Shown here piece after piece: positions 51,101-64,000 of a DNA stretch of 64,000 nt (positions are counted from its first letter, which is position 1; each line of letters opens with the position of its first letter). Under the pieces are notes generated by a model that saw only the letters and a program-made list of their open reading frames with translations, was not told where the DNA came from and did no database searches. The DNA is from Stylophora pistillata (taxonomy: Eukaryota). A program made the translations under genes and the position numbers. The stretch spans positions 211,596-275,595 of the forward strand of contig NW_019217807.1 of assembly GCF_002571385.2 (NCBI RefSeq). The letters are read 5' to 3'.

Positions 51101-54100
51101 ATTGGTAAAAGAGGGTGCAATTGATGCTGTGATGGTATACAAACATGTCTGCACGATACGTGTTTAGTTTATGTGGCGAAAGGAAATTTTAAGGGGAGAG
51201 TAGTGACGCCATGTTTTAGAGAGTGACCGGGAGATTACACTAAAGAGAAAGATGATTGATTTGAACTGAAAGCCAAGAGTGAAAACGAGTACTTCTAAAA
51301 TAAGATACTCATGTTGTTTAGGGAGCTTACGTTAAACGAACAGTTAAAGAAATCTTAATAGTTTCAAATTCGGTACAAAACAATAAAATCGTTCTTGAGA
51401 ACAAAGAGACGCGGGCTATTTGATACTAACAACGATCTTTAACTGCTGTACCATCGGCTAACCGGTCATAGCAGACCGCTCACGGGATTGCGTTTGAACA
51501 GTGAGGAAGGAAGTGTTTTGTAGTGTTCAGTCTGGTTGTTCCGCTTGCTTGCTTACCTGCGTTTCAACACAAACATCAAACGAGCTTCGTTGATGAAAAG
51601 CGACTGACGATTCTTACGATTTTGCAAACAATGCGTTTGAACTTTTTGGGGCTTTTCACCTTTTTGTTTGGACGCTTTGTTTTGAAAATTGGTTCGTACC
51701 GGTGTTATTCTTTTGGTACAAATTCCTACTAAAGCTCCTCACCTTAGATTTATACAGATACCCATATTTTTTATTTTAACGTGACCCTAACATAACCTTG
51801 CATAATGGCGGGTAAGAGTAAAGAGGTTATGAAACTCCCTACCGTAACAAACTGTACCAATGAAACTAACCTCACCTTCACTTCATCGTTTGTTCGGTTC
51901 TCGTCAACAGCTGGGCCTTTTCGTTACGTTTATCAGCCTGCGTTTTGATCTTAACGTCTGCAGTTTATTTCGAAATCGACCTCTCGATACTTCTGACGAC
52001 TACCGTTGTGAACGACATATGATTTCAATAAACCTCAAACGGTGGTTCGGTTTAGGATTACACATTTCAGCTCTTTACGACCTGTGAAGTGAGGAGGTTT
52101 CATTCGAGGTAAGGATTTTTCTCGCACCTAAATATAGACCACTTGTATTTTATGAAAAGCAGCCAGGAGCCATCGAAAATGTTAAAGTGCTCTTAGTAGA
52201 GGAGGCTTCTGAAATCCACCTCGAATGGTGATGATGAAGCAAGTTTTCTCAGACTGGCATATTCTTCCTAATGCAATATTTGTGCCACCTATTTAGCTGA
52301 ACGGGAAGTTTGCTCTCGATCGAATCTACTTGTACAACGCAAGTTCGATCAGCTTCGTTTGACTTTTAAGATGTGATTTCTCAGTGCAATATAGTGAAAA
52401 TCTCTTGACTCGGTATGAAGATAACATAAGCTTTGCCGTAAATGAAAACTCGGCCAATATCTAACGTTAAGAGGTTCATCCGTTTGTAGACACGAGTCAG
52501 TCAACACGGATTTAAAATGGCGAAAAAAACCTTTCCGGGTAAAATGTTTTCCACACCTTTTTGAAATTAGAGTTTGATTTACTTCCACACATCTCTTGGT
52601 GTTGATTTGACAACTCGTACTTCTGTATCCCTCTGTCTTGGCCTTCATGTTGACATCTGCCCTCCATATTGGTTTCACACGAAAGAGGCATGTTAAATTT
52701 AATCGTCAAACGGGACTTCGTCGCATAAATCCTATTTGTTTGGATATAAAGCTGTAAAACAAAGGTTCACCTTAAAAAATTCAAACAGTTTTTCAGCAGC
52801 ATCGAAGTGGATCGTAATAATATCAGCGAAAAAAGGATCTCGTGTTTAAGATACATTCTCGTGGTGTGACTTCAGCTTGAAAAACTAAATGAAGAAAATT
52901 CTTTACTCATACCTATGGCCTTAAACAGATTGTGTAAATTAATCAGTGTTCTAAAAGCAGAGGTTTCATATTTGTGAGTTATTTTCTTAAAATGAATCAG
53001 TTAATGGCGACGAGCTTCACCAAGAAATGATTTCACCAAGTTATGGTTCACCATTTCAGCCCATTTCAATCAGCTGGTTGGATTTTGACAACTTCATCGC
53101 AAACAGCGCAGCAATGCTGATAGCTCAGTTTGCACTGTCTTTTCTTAATTATCCCAGCAAGATTGAAAAGGCGGGAAAACGAAGGTTAACCTAGGCTTAT
53201 TAAAGAAAGCTTTGGACTTGTCAATTTACTGTCCGGGAGCGTTTAGCACCAGACGATTATGTTGATGCTTCAGGTCGGCTGCAGAGAAGTGCGGTCAAAC
53301 TAGTTGGCCTTCCAAAAACCGGAAAACGCTTTACGAACATACTTTAATACCATTAACAGGCTTTGCTTTTTCCATCAATAAAGCTGCTAAACAGCTTAGG
53401 AGAGTAAGCAGGAGAAGTGGATATTGCATCCGTGACATATCCCGGCTCCTCTTCTTCGGAGCATAATAGCCGCTATGACGAGTGGCATGATGACAATTCG
53501 TGTTTTAACTTTTGGTCGATTCTTTGTATAGTCCTTATTCGTTTGGCGATCCTTTATTCGGTGCCAAATTATTTTGGGTCATTTACGTCAAGAACAAAGA
53601 TCAAGGCGCAAATTTTCGTGTAAATTTGGGATAACCAAACAATAATCTTCCCGCCCAACAATTCAACGCTCTCTCGCCGAGGAAAAGATTTCCTTTTCCT
53701 TGAATGATCGACCACACCACGCCTTTTCTTGAATGCAAGAGGTGTTTCACTGTGTACAAAAATATCTATGTACTTTAATAGAAATAACCCCAACGCAAAA
53801 TACGAAGTAAAAGTTTTTAAGGGTGTGCTTTGGATAATCACTTTTGTCGGCTGTTTAATCTATGTGGTGGCTGTCTGTCAACAAAAGATGGTTCTGAAAC
53901 TACTTTGCAAAACGCGATTTTCAATTAGTTTTTAAATCTGTCGACATGAAATAAATGTCTGAATTAGCGCGGTTTTCCAAGAAAAACCTTGAAGAGGGAT
54001 TGTATCTCAGGTATAAAAATCCAACGATTCAGTAAAAATTTGCCTTATCCTCACTTCAGCTTTCTAACGCAGCCGAGCAGGTGGCTGTGTATATATAAAC

Positions 54101-57100
54101 TTTCTTTCTATCTTGCCTTCTCTCCTAAAGGGACAATATCTTCCGTCTAGTTGTTGTTGTTGTTCATCAAGTGTATATTTTTTTAGTACATTTTCCAGCG
54201 CCAATACCATTCTTGGCGTAAATATGTTGGAAGAGAAATTCTTCATTGCAAAATCGAAGAGGATGTAATCAAAGCGTGGTCGACACTTCACGCTATGAAA
54301 GGTTCCCCGGTCACCTTTATAGGCTCACTCCTTTCCTAGTTACCTTCGATTTATCTTGTTGTCAGACTGCTATAACGTGCCGCATCCCATAGAAGTTAAC
54401 TTCAAATAAGTAAATAAAAAACACGCGGTTCTTTTCAAGGGTAAGCGTTCACTTTTAAGTATAGTTTTATTCTTTTATTCGACTGTCGATGCCGCCATGA
54501 CTATTAATATGCCGTGTGTCGGTTGTGTTGACTTAAATTTGAAAAGGTCCTGAGTTATAAGCTTTGACATTTCTCTAGAGTAGCGATCAACGCACATTTA
54601 CCGCACAATTAAGGAGGTAGCCGAATGGTCAGGCGAGCTTCGATTTCTACCGGCAAATGAATGATGAACCTTGCGAGAGGTGTTCGATCGGTTTTTTGTC
54701 CCGTCGCAAAGAAGCAAAGAGCACTTTGAAACATAGACGCAGAATAAATGACACCAATGGTGTTTACAGAAAGGAAAAAACAAGAACACACTCACTGGAG
54801 TGATCAAGAACATCAAATATGGCCAAAATAGTCTTCGTTCGTCAATGTAGACTCTAGTAGTGGCCTCATGGACTGGTGATGTACGAGCGTTCTCCCCTTA
54901 ACATCAACTTGTTCGAAGGAAAAACGAAATTGGGGACGTGGGACACTTCAGAGCTTTGCAATCATAGACTAATTATTTTGAAGTGCAGAGTTGCTCTATT
55001 CCTTCATACAAGTCGTAAAACTGACTCTTAATGCCGAATATTCCCATTTTATTTGGTATCTAGGATAAGCCGTCTGAACGTTCTTTATTTCAAGAGGTTG
55101 GTTATTTGATAGCGATGGAAAGCGAAAAAGCTGTCCAAAATGTCCGTATCTGTCTGTCAGAACAGTGGCTTGAAGAAAGCGGATGAAAGGCGACCGAAAA
55201 CAAACTTAACATACCAAAGACACCAAGCAAACGAGAAGAAATTATTATAACTTTTAAATTGCGGTTTTTTTTTACCATTTTGTTTCTTTAAATTTTGGCT
55301 CTCAAACTACCTCTTATTTCGACAAAAACTTCAAGATGTGAAACCTTGTTTTGAACCTGAGGGGCTTTGCGATTGAGATGAATACTGACTGCCGTTGAAA
55401 AAGTTTACTTTTCATCTTTGAATCATAGCACCGATGTGGCGGAGGAAAAACTGTGATATCAGGTAAATAAGAATTCCAGTTGGACCATAATGGGTTGTTT
55501 GGTCTAGGAATTGGAGGCGAATCAAAGGGCCATTTGTTCTCGTGTTACTACGGATTTTAGGTCACAAAAATCCATCTTCACTGCTTACTAATGCCTAAAG
55601 GTGAGTTCAGAGCTATGATGAACAGTACGAGCGAAAGCCAATCGAACATTAATCATCCGTGAATGCTTTGTCAGCTTACAGTGTTTATTAGTTTTCGCTT
55701 TGTGTATTGTAAACCTGTAAAGGTTTAAGTCAATTTCGATTTTAGTTTAGTTGTTAGTTTGCTTGAGGTAATCCGGCGGATATCGGGGCTCAACACGCTA
55801 ATTTTCCCTCCATTTTGTCTCCTTCAAAGTTGAAAAACAAACCTTGCGAAGTCACGAAACTTTTCGCGGCGGAATCGTTATCAGACAATACCAAGTGATA
55901 CTTCGAGAATTGTACTTAAAATTGTATGCTTAAGTGTGTAATGTACCTACCGTCTGAGTTCAAAAAGTATGGACAAGTTTTCATGAGACGCCAAAATGTT
56001 AGTAATATTTCGATCGTCTTGTTCGATTAAAACTTGATCTTTGATGCTTGAAAATTATCATAACTATTAATGATGAAGCTTTTCACGAAGTAATTGCTTC
56101 TTGCATCCGAGAAACTTTTTTCGTAATCCAAATACTTATCAGGTAAACAACTTCTGCTTTGCCGAGTGGTTGCCATCTTGGCAAGATCTACAATACGGCA
56201 CCTACCCCCTTTTCGTCGTATTGTGCTGGTGACAGTGCTAGGTTTTGCATCGCTTGAAGATCTTGAAAATGTGACATAGACATCTCCTTGGCCTGTTGGG
56301 GTTTACAGGGTCAATGACCGCTTTCTCCTTACCAGTTCCAGTAGTCGAGATGTTGCTACTGTGACGGTTCCGCTGTAGCGCACGGAGGGTAAATTGCCGC
56401 GACTCAAGAGGCGATTGGGTGGCTTGATTCAAGGCCCTGCTGGGTCCTGTCGAATCCCCGTTCAGAGCCCGAGTGAACTCTTGTGAAGGAAATGCTTTTA
56501 GACGGACGAATATCGTTCGCTGCGGCTTTACATTCGTATTCTGTTGATTCACTGATGAAACCCATTTTCATGCGTTTTGGTTTTTGTGTTTTCGAAGGGG
56601 GATTTGGCACACCTGGTCAAAACATTTTTTTTTGCTCTCTATGAGTCCTGAACTTTGTATTTTTTGTTGAATTCAGAAAAACATGTTTCGTCTCAAGCAT
56701 TAAACAAGATATATTACTTAAGCTGTTGGTAATTTTCATTCTCGTAAACACTTTTTGCTGATAGCTCTTCAAGCGAACTCAAAAACCGCAATCGGGAGTA
56801 AGGGTCCATTAACAAATCATGGGCAGGGGAGTCGAGTGTCTCTCGCTAATGATCTTAGAATTTTATTTTTGTTGAGACTAGGATCTCTTTGTTTGAATTC
56901 CTAAGATTATTTTCAAAGAACTGTTGATTAATTGTGGACATGCAGAACAAAAATTGTCGCAAAAGTTCAGGTGGAACTGAATTTATTTTGGATGTACGCA
57001 AGCTTTACACAAGATCAACTTACAAGAAGAACATTCAGTTTATGTTTTGGTGTTTTCAAAGGTTAATAACAGAGGGACTTGAATTTAGGATTACACTACA

Positions 57101-60100
57101 AAAACATTCAATCAAAAAGTCCTCGAATAACTAAGGAAGAGTGGCATGTTTTTACAAAAAAACGCAACGCGTAAGAACTTGAAAAAGACGCAGCAAAGTT
57201 TGGACCCCAACCATAAGTAAAATGTCGGTGGACAAGTGTGTTGTTATTGCCCAAATATGGTCTTCATCTCAACAATATCATTGTTTTATTTCAGCCGTTT
57301 CAGAGTTTTAACAGTTCAATTTCTGAAAAGAAAAGCCAATACTGGGTTGGTACTAGGAAAATTACTATCGCTTTTTTTATAATTTTGATTCTCATTGAGC
57401 TAGCATGTGATTTAGACATGTAAGCTTTAACTAATCCTCGCGACAACAACGAAGATTTATTCTAGCGAATGGTTTCTTACCGAAAAGCTTTACTTCTTCG
57501 ATAGCTATGTACTGGTAGTAGTTAGTGTGATTATTATATTTATTACGAGTTACATTTGACCAGTGAATCCGTTTTCTTATTGTTAACCTTTGCTGGTTGT
57601 GTGTGTCTCGTTCAAAGCCGTTCAAAGCATTCTACATCATTTGTTTTTATGTGTAGAACAAAAATTTCAATAAAACCATTGTACTTAGGTAGCGTTCAGT
57701 GGACTCAAAATCTACGACTTTCATGTTTTACCAAACCGTCTTGGTTAACAAAGGACTTTCCCGGCTAATTCGCGAGGTATCAGATTTACGCCCAGAATAT
57801 TTCATATCAAAATGAAGTGCACTTGTAAATTTAAAAACAGGTCTCAAAGAGATGATTCTACATTGCCACAACCGTTTGGCTAAAAGCACTTGAAAATTTT
57901 CCGTCGTGTTGAGGTACAACGTTTGGATCGTGTTTCTTAATAAAAGCTCCACAACAAAACAATTGGATGTGTATTTAGCTGGTCACCACGTGTACAAGAA
58001 CAACACCCCGATTGTTATCACCCTCAATGGACGCCAGTCTGCTGTATGTAGAAAACTCAGGCGCTACTATTTTCTTAAACTCCAAAAGAAATTTTGATTT
58101 CTGGCCTTTCTTAGCCACGTTTGATCCACATCACTCTGCCCTACAGCAGAGGTGACGACGTAAACACAAATGTTATTTATTTTTGCAAGAACGCCTTGGT
58201 CTCGCTCAAGTTTGCTTTAAAAATAGGATCCCGATACCTTAGACCATAAGATATTTAAAAGCATGCAATGAAGACTATAGTTTATCGTTGCGAATAGCAA
58301 TCAGCCCTCTTCAGTGAACAGAGCTGTTCAAATGTTCTAGGTTACAAATATCGCGGCGCCCAAAACGCTTAACGGTTCGGGTATTCAGTTTCCTCTTGTA
58401 ATATGAAGCTTTCACTGAAAGGCAGAATGTTCCCCTCAGAGAGAACATTTGTTTTAATTCTTGTTTTTTTAAAAACTTATAAGAATCTCAACGGCAGTCC
58501 TATTTCTGATAATATTGAATCAGTGCCTCGCCTTTCAAAATTCATTGTGCAAATGTGGCAAAGAAAAACATAAAGGCATATGTCAGAGTATTATTTCAAT
58601 GATAATTTTAAGGAACGTGGAAATTTTTGGTTATTTTTTGTCGTTTTGCCTGCAAAATGTCATGGAATTCCTCGGATAAAAAAATAAAATAAGATATTAT
58701 AAGGACGAGGGACAATCATTAGTATTTCAATCGCTAGATTTCAACTTTATTATCAACCAATTCTACTTTCCTTTCTCTGTTGAAGCGGCAATACAGACAA
58801 CTCTGAATTTCTTGTGTCAAGCGAGCTAGCTCCAGCCAACTCTCGCTGCTGTTAGACCTGTTCCCCTTTTTTCCGTTTAGTAGTAGTCAAAAAAATTCAC
58901 TGGAATTAGAGTTTGATTGAGTTGAAGAGTGTACTGTACATGAAAATTAAAGAAAAAGGTCTTTGAAAACCGTCGAATGTAAATGGTCCAAAGAGGCCTT
59001 TTTCAGGGTCAATCGAATAAGAGAACACAGTGGACAAACTTCAAAACAAAAATAGACTCTCGTGAATTTTAAATTTATGGATAGAAGGACCTTAACTTTG
59101 TTTTGTTTTTACCACCAAACACTTAAAAATATTCTACTATTAACCAACGTGGTGCAAATAGTTTGCCCGGTTGAATTTGGGATACAGGCTGCAAGTCCAA
59201 AACCCTAATACTTATTATGACAAGTCTAACTTTAATTTTTTCTCAGAAAACTGGAGTTTTGAAGACAAGTTTAAATAAGAATTTTTTCTATCTCTATGGC
59301 CAGTCAGTATCAAAGGAAAGTTTTACAGGATTGTGAAAGAAAAACTAGTTTCCTTTGAGCCTCAACCTTCTTTTCGGTAGAGCAGTTCTCTGGGTGAGAG
59401 GAGCAGGTTTAAAAAGAGAACTCTTCTTGATTATTGTTTCATACCGTTATGAATGACATGATCAAAAAGTGTATTTTAGTACATCAAAACATGGCCAAGT
59501 TTGAATATTTTCCTATATAGTTGTGATCTACGTTAAAGAACGGAAAGCCGGTTAATATGCTTTTGGAACGTTTTAACGAGGGCTACCGCTACCAACCAAG
59601 TGATTTTTTTTCTTACAAAGTTTGTGATCCTCACCAAAGCCAAAGAGTGAACAGGCAAGGGAACTAGTACATAATGTTTGAGGAGGAAAGTTTTCTTTTG
59701 TTTTTTTATTTTAAATCTTGTGCAGATCCAAATGATCCTGATTATAGGCGATTCAAAAAGTGGTAAAAACCAACTTGACTGTTGGATGGAGGTTTGCTCT
59801 GCTCTGCTCTGCTCTGACCAAATGTAAACATGGCTCTGAATATTATTCCTCTTTGCTTAGCATGAATGTTTGTTTAACGCCACATTCATGCTAAAAGAAA
59901 GATCTTCAGCCCTGATTATTAAAACGCAAATTGCAAACAAAGTTACTTTCTCTTTTTCTTTTAGTCTGTTAGCACTTTTACGAGGACAGAGAAAACTTAC
60001 CCAAGCCTCAATCGAAATAGGTTTTGTCTAAGGCTGAAATGTACTTCGAGGAAGACATAACTTAAGTAATGTTTTATGTTTTATTTTCAGTGACTTGTTA

Positions 60101-62407
60101 TTGCCATCAAGAGCCGAGGATACAGGTCAGCTCATCAAACAGGCGGATGACATTTGATTCACACAAAAGGATCACAAAGAAAATGCTACGTAGCATGCAT
60201 CTAACTCAGAGTCACAAGGGGTCTGAGATGAATCGAATAATAAAACTAAAAGCTTCTTCAGAATCTGTAAGTCTAGTCTTGAAATTACACAAAGGGGTTT
60301 GACAAACTAATTGTTTTCTAGGATTTACTGAAGAAAGGACAGAAAACTTTAGAAGGGGATGTACGGTTTGGCACAAGAGCACGGATCTATTACTGCCAGG
60401 AGCCTCCTGTTACTGTGCGTTATGGCTTCATGTGCTTAATTAAATGGAAAGGGTTTCTTGGGCTCAAAGTCAAGTGTCGACCAAATTGACTACAAACAAT
60501 TCTGATAAATGACTATGAACAATTCTGATAAATTCGTTTACCGTCTTCAAAGATGAGCACGAAGCAGATTTCTCGGGGGAAAAGGTCTGGCAATCGCAAC
60601 TTCTCAACAGTTAAGTTACTTTGAGTTTTGTCTCAACCCACCACAAGCGGATTATCATGAGTCCCTGAATATTTAAAACAAACATTTTACACAGAAATCT
60701 GCGGTAATCTGAAGAATTGAATTTTGGCGAAGATTTGAAAACCACAACTGAACTCTACGCGCTTGTGGGCAAAAATTTTGTGTAAAGGGTTAGAGAGAAG
60801 AATGTAAAAGATTTCTCCTTTCTGTCCATATTCACTAATCCCTTGAGGCATTAGCTGTCAAAACACAAGACTCCAAAAAAATTATCAGGCGACAACATCT
60901 AGATTAATCAGGAAAATGATGCAAATGCTTTATAAATCATCTCCATTTGATAAAATGAGGGCTGAGCCCTTTCAGCCGGCCTCGAATTCATTTATGGATA
61001 CCCTGCCTTTGTGCTGAAATTGTGTACGGGTTTGATGGAGTATAATCCATTGTATCACGTCAGATTAGTAACTGCGGTCGTGAAGAATGATATGCAAATC
61101 AATTTTTCCTAAAGCCGCAGAAAAAGGTTAATAAACATCACAAAGCCACATTGAACGGAACCTGGAAGTTTTAATAAAGATTATCGCATAAGATCATAAC
61201 TCAGGACGGCGACACTCAGCTCTGGATTAAGCAAAAATGAATGAGATGCGAAAATTGACATCAATCGAGTGGGAATGACGCCGTTAAAGATAAGATATTT
61301 TGATCGAAAAAATTCAATTAACATAAACAATTTCATGGAAAGTAGAAGTTGATGTCGGTTGATGAAGTACCCAATACAGAAGGAAGCCAACAAGGGTACT
61401 CGAGTCTGCTCCGCCCTGTGCCATGTTATGGCTACGCACTGCACCATCTTGTAGAAACCGCAACAGCCGTGGCTAACAAATTTCATTGTTTCTTGTGCAA
61501 TAAAATCATAAAAAACATAAACGATGGAGTTATAAATAGGAAGATGCTTGGGGACGAGATAACAGTCACGTTTTTAAACGACGCTTTTCAAAACCGCAAT
61601 AGACTAAAATAAATCGTTGAGTTTTGTGGCAATAAAATTGATACAAAATTCCCTTGGTTTAAAATTTATACAGTTGAGTTCGTTTGGCTTGCAAGCAAGT
61701 CCTTTGTTGCTCTATTTATTTAGCATACAATTAAAACATCAGAACTAGCTGGGGTTTGATTCTCAAACGAGACTCAAATGTCTTTGTGTTCCACGCTCGT
61801 CTAATAACTCCCTTTAGAGCATCAGCGCGCCGAATCCGTAGGAGTAGGGTTCAAAACAATCGCGGGGGACTCGCAATTTTTCTTTGTCGCGCGCTCGAGG
61901 CAATCTGTCTCACATTTTTTTTACTCTGTTTTTGTGAAACTCCTGTTAACACCTTTCATCGAGACCGTCGGATTCTAGAGGTTGATATGATAGGATTCTT
62001 TGCAATGTTGATGCAATTTTCAACTGTTACCTTCATCAGAAACTTCTCCTTTCCACCCTCAGACGACTAAATGCAACACATCATTAATCTGTTTTAAGAA
62101 GGATTAAACGCAAGGCCTTATTACTTTTATTGGATTTCCAGACAAGTTTACCGTTAGTCTGAACCTGCTTCAGTCGATTGTCGAGAGTTTAGAAATGTGG
62201 CCACACTGTTTTATTACCTCGGCTATTAATTAAATTTTACATATCAAGGACGTGTAGTGTCTAGGGCGTGATGAAAGATGTTAATTTCTAAACTGACAAA
62301 ATGGTCCAAACGTTTTCTACCATCAAACGTTTCAAATCAGAACCGTGTTTAATTTGACGTAAGGGCGACGGAGAGAGAAACATTTAAACAAGGTATTTTC
62401 TTTTGGC

Positions 62408-63108
62408 ACAATGAAATATATGAAGTTCATATATTTTGAACTGCGGTATTAGATACATATGATGTACGATCCTCGCAGTAGATAGCGCTATTTAAGCAAA
62501 AGCGAAAATCAGACCTGAAAAAAAAAATAATACCGCAGNNNNNNNNNNNNNNNNNNNNNNNNNNNNNNNNNNNNNNNNNNNNNNNNNNNNNNNNNNNNNN
62601 NNNNNNNNNNNNNNNNNNNNNNNNNNNNNNNNNNNNNNNNNNNNNNNNNNNNNNNNNNNNNNNNNNNNNNNNNNNATTTATCACTTTCACGGGTTTATTA
62701 CGAATCAACTTAACGGCCTGCTCCCAGTTGGCTTGTTAGCTCAATTGGTAGAGCGCTGCACTAGTATCGCAGAGGTCAGTGGTTCGAATCCCGTACAGGC
62801 CTGATTTTTTTCAGGTCTGATTTTCGCTATTGCTTAAATAGCGCTATCTACTGTGAGGATCGTACATCATATGTAACTAATACCGCAGTTCAAAATATAT
62901 GAACTTCATATATTTCATTGTATCTGATTATCACTTTCACGGGTTTATTACGAATCAACTTAACGGCCTGCTCCCAGTTGGCTTGTTAGCTCAATTGGTA
63001 GAGCGATGCACTAGTATCGCAGAGGTCAGAGGCGTGATTTTTTCAGGTCTGAATTTCGCTATTACTTAAATAGCGCTATCTACTGCGAGGATCGTACATC
63101 ATATGTAT
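62408..63108. mobile_element. inverted partial copy plus head-to-tail tandem array (250-bp period) of the tRNA-like repeat, spanning gap 62539-62675
   Basis: 62408-62525 is the minus-strand tail. Forward units start near 62681 and 62931. A 12-bp direct repeat GTATTTTCTTTT sits at 62393 and 63105. Confidence 0.8.
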
Positions 63109-64000
63109 TTTCTTTTATTGTAAAACGCAGGACTCCATCACGAAATGAAATTCCCTGTCTCGGTCCAAGGTTTTACACTCAAGTTCTAAAGAGAGTGTCG
63201 CAAATTACTATGACATATAATCATATCTCGATGTCTTATGAGCTACGTAAGCTGAAAACGAAGTGAAAACAAATCGGGCATAAATTTTTCAACAAATTTG
63301 GTGTAGTATTTTTCTTCGCTTCCTTAAGTGAATCCCTATCCCTTCTTCAAATTTACTGGTCAGTCTATCTTAACATCTTATCGTAGAGGAGAGATTGTAG
63401 TCCCGCTTTCATATCTACCCAATGCTCCTGGTCACTTAATGCCGACAAAAACCTTGACAAGCTCTGGCATTAAATGGACTAAACCCGTGAGAAGTAACAA
63501 GCTCGACCCCAGTGTGTGTATATAACCGGAACTTTTGAAACTTTGGAACAAGGAACATATTTCAAGTCCTTAAAGTAGAGCAGGGAAAGTAAGTAGCAAG
63601 GAGCTGTCGATGGCCAACACCATTTCCCAAGGTTATAACTATCGTTGCGGCGTGGATTGTGATTTATGATTTAAAAAGATATTCTGCTAATCTGAAGGCT
63701 GCAGCAGTGAAAATAACGTTTATTTTTAACTAACGACCTCGTGAGTTCGTGAGATTAGTTCTGTGCATCAGCGCATTTTACCGCAGACGAGGAGGAAAAT
63801 TCCTCCCTACCCCCCGTTTCGAAACAAAACGTTTGATTAAAAACGAGACAGTCTTGGCGATAAAATCATGTTCCAAGGGCGCTCTTCCCTTACAAATGCG
63901 TGAAGGACGGGTCAAACCACGTGCGAACCCATGCATGCACTGTTCCTATCATTTAGATATGAAAAATAGGCAAACAATATACCGCTGCTGATGATTTCGC

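Noticed and set aside
56238-56610. Overlapping ORFs (104 and 68 aa) and a GGGCTCTGAACGGGGATTCGACAGG string resembling a tmRNA 5' end
   Set aside because: No recognisable domain or exon chain, no matching tmRNA 3' end, and the context is eukaryotic.
48900-62100. Many 60-110 aa ORFs in the supplied track
   Set aside because: Lengths expected by chance, many with non-ATG starts, and no domains or consistent exon structure.
62676-63108. Tandem repeat considered as a CRISPR-like array
   Set aside because: Units are 250 bp with no unique spacers, there are no cas genes, and the genome is eukaryotic.

Overview
Eukaryotic, AT-rich animal genomic DNA. The repeat families suggest an anthozoan or stony coral (inference from recall, not searched). 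There are two spliced protein-coding genes, both on the minus strand. (1) A WDR64-like WD40-repeat gene, about 35 coding exons, CDS 29207->174, about 1155 aa. Its introns are packed with MITEs and tRNA-derived repeats and hold an initiator tRNA-Met gene. (2) A Meis/homothorax TALE-homeobox gene, 10 coding exons, CDS 47291->39516, 523 aa, in repeat-poor, apparently non-coding DNA. No prokaryotic-type system (CRISPR, operon) is present. The best leads are dense Meis-binding motif clusters and two perfect Pbx-Meis decamers at the Meis locus itself (candidate autoregulation), a 250-bp circularly permuted tRNA-mimic repeat that does not fit a normal SINE, a possible MITE-bounded composite carrying the tRNA-iMet gene, and a sharply bounded CpG-depleted domain in the 5' third of WDR64. 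All exon models and counts were made by hand.
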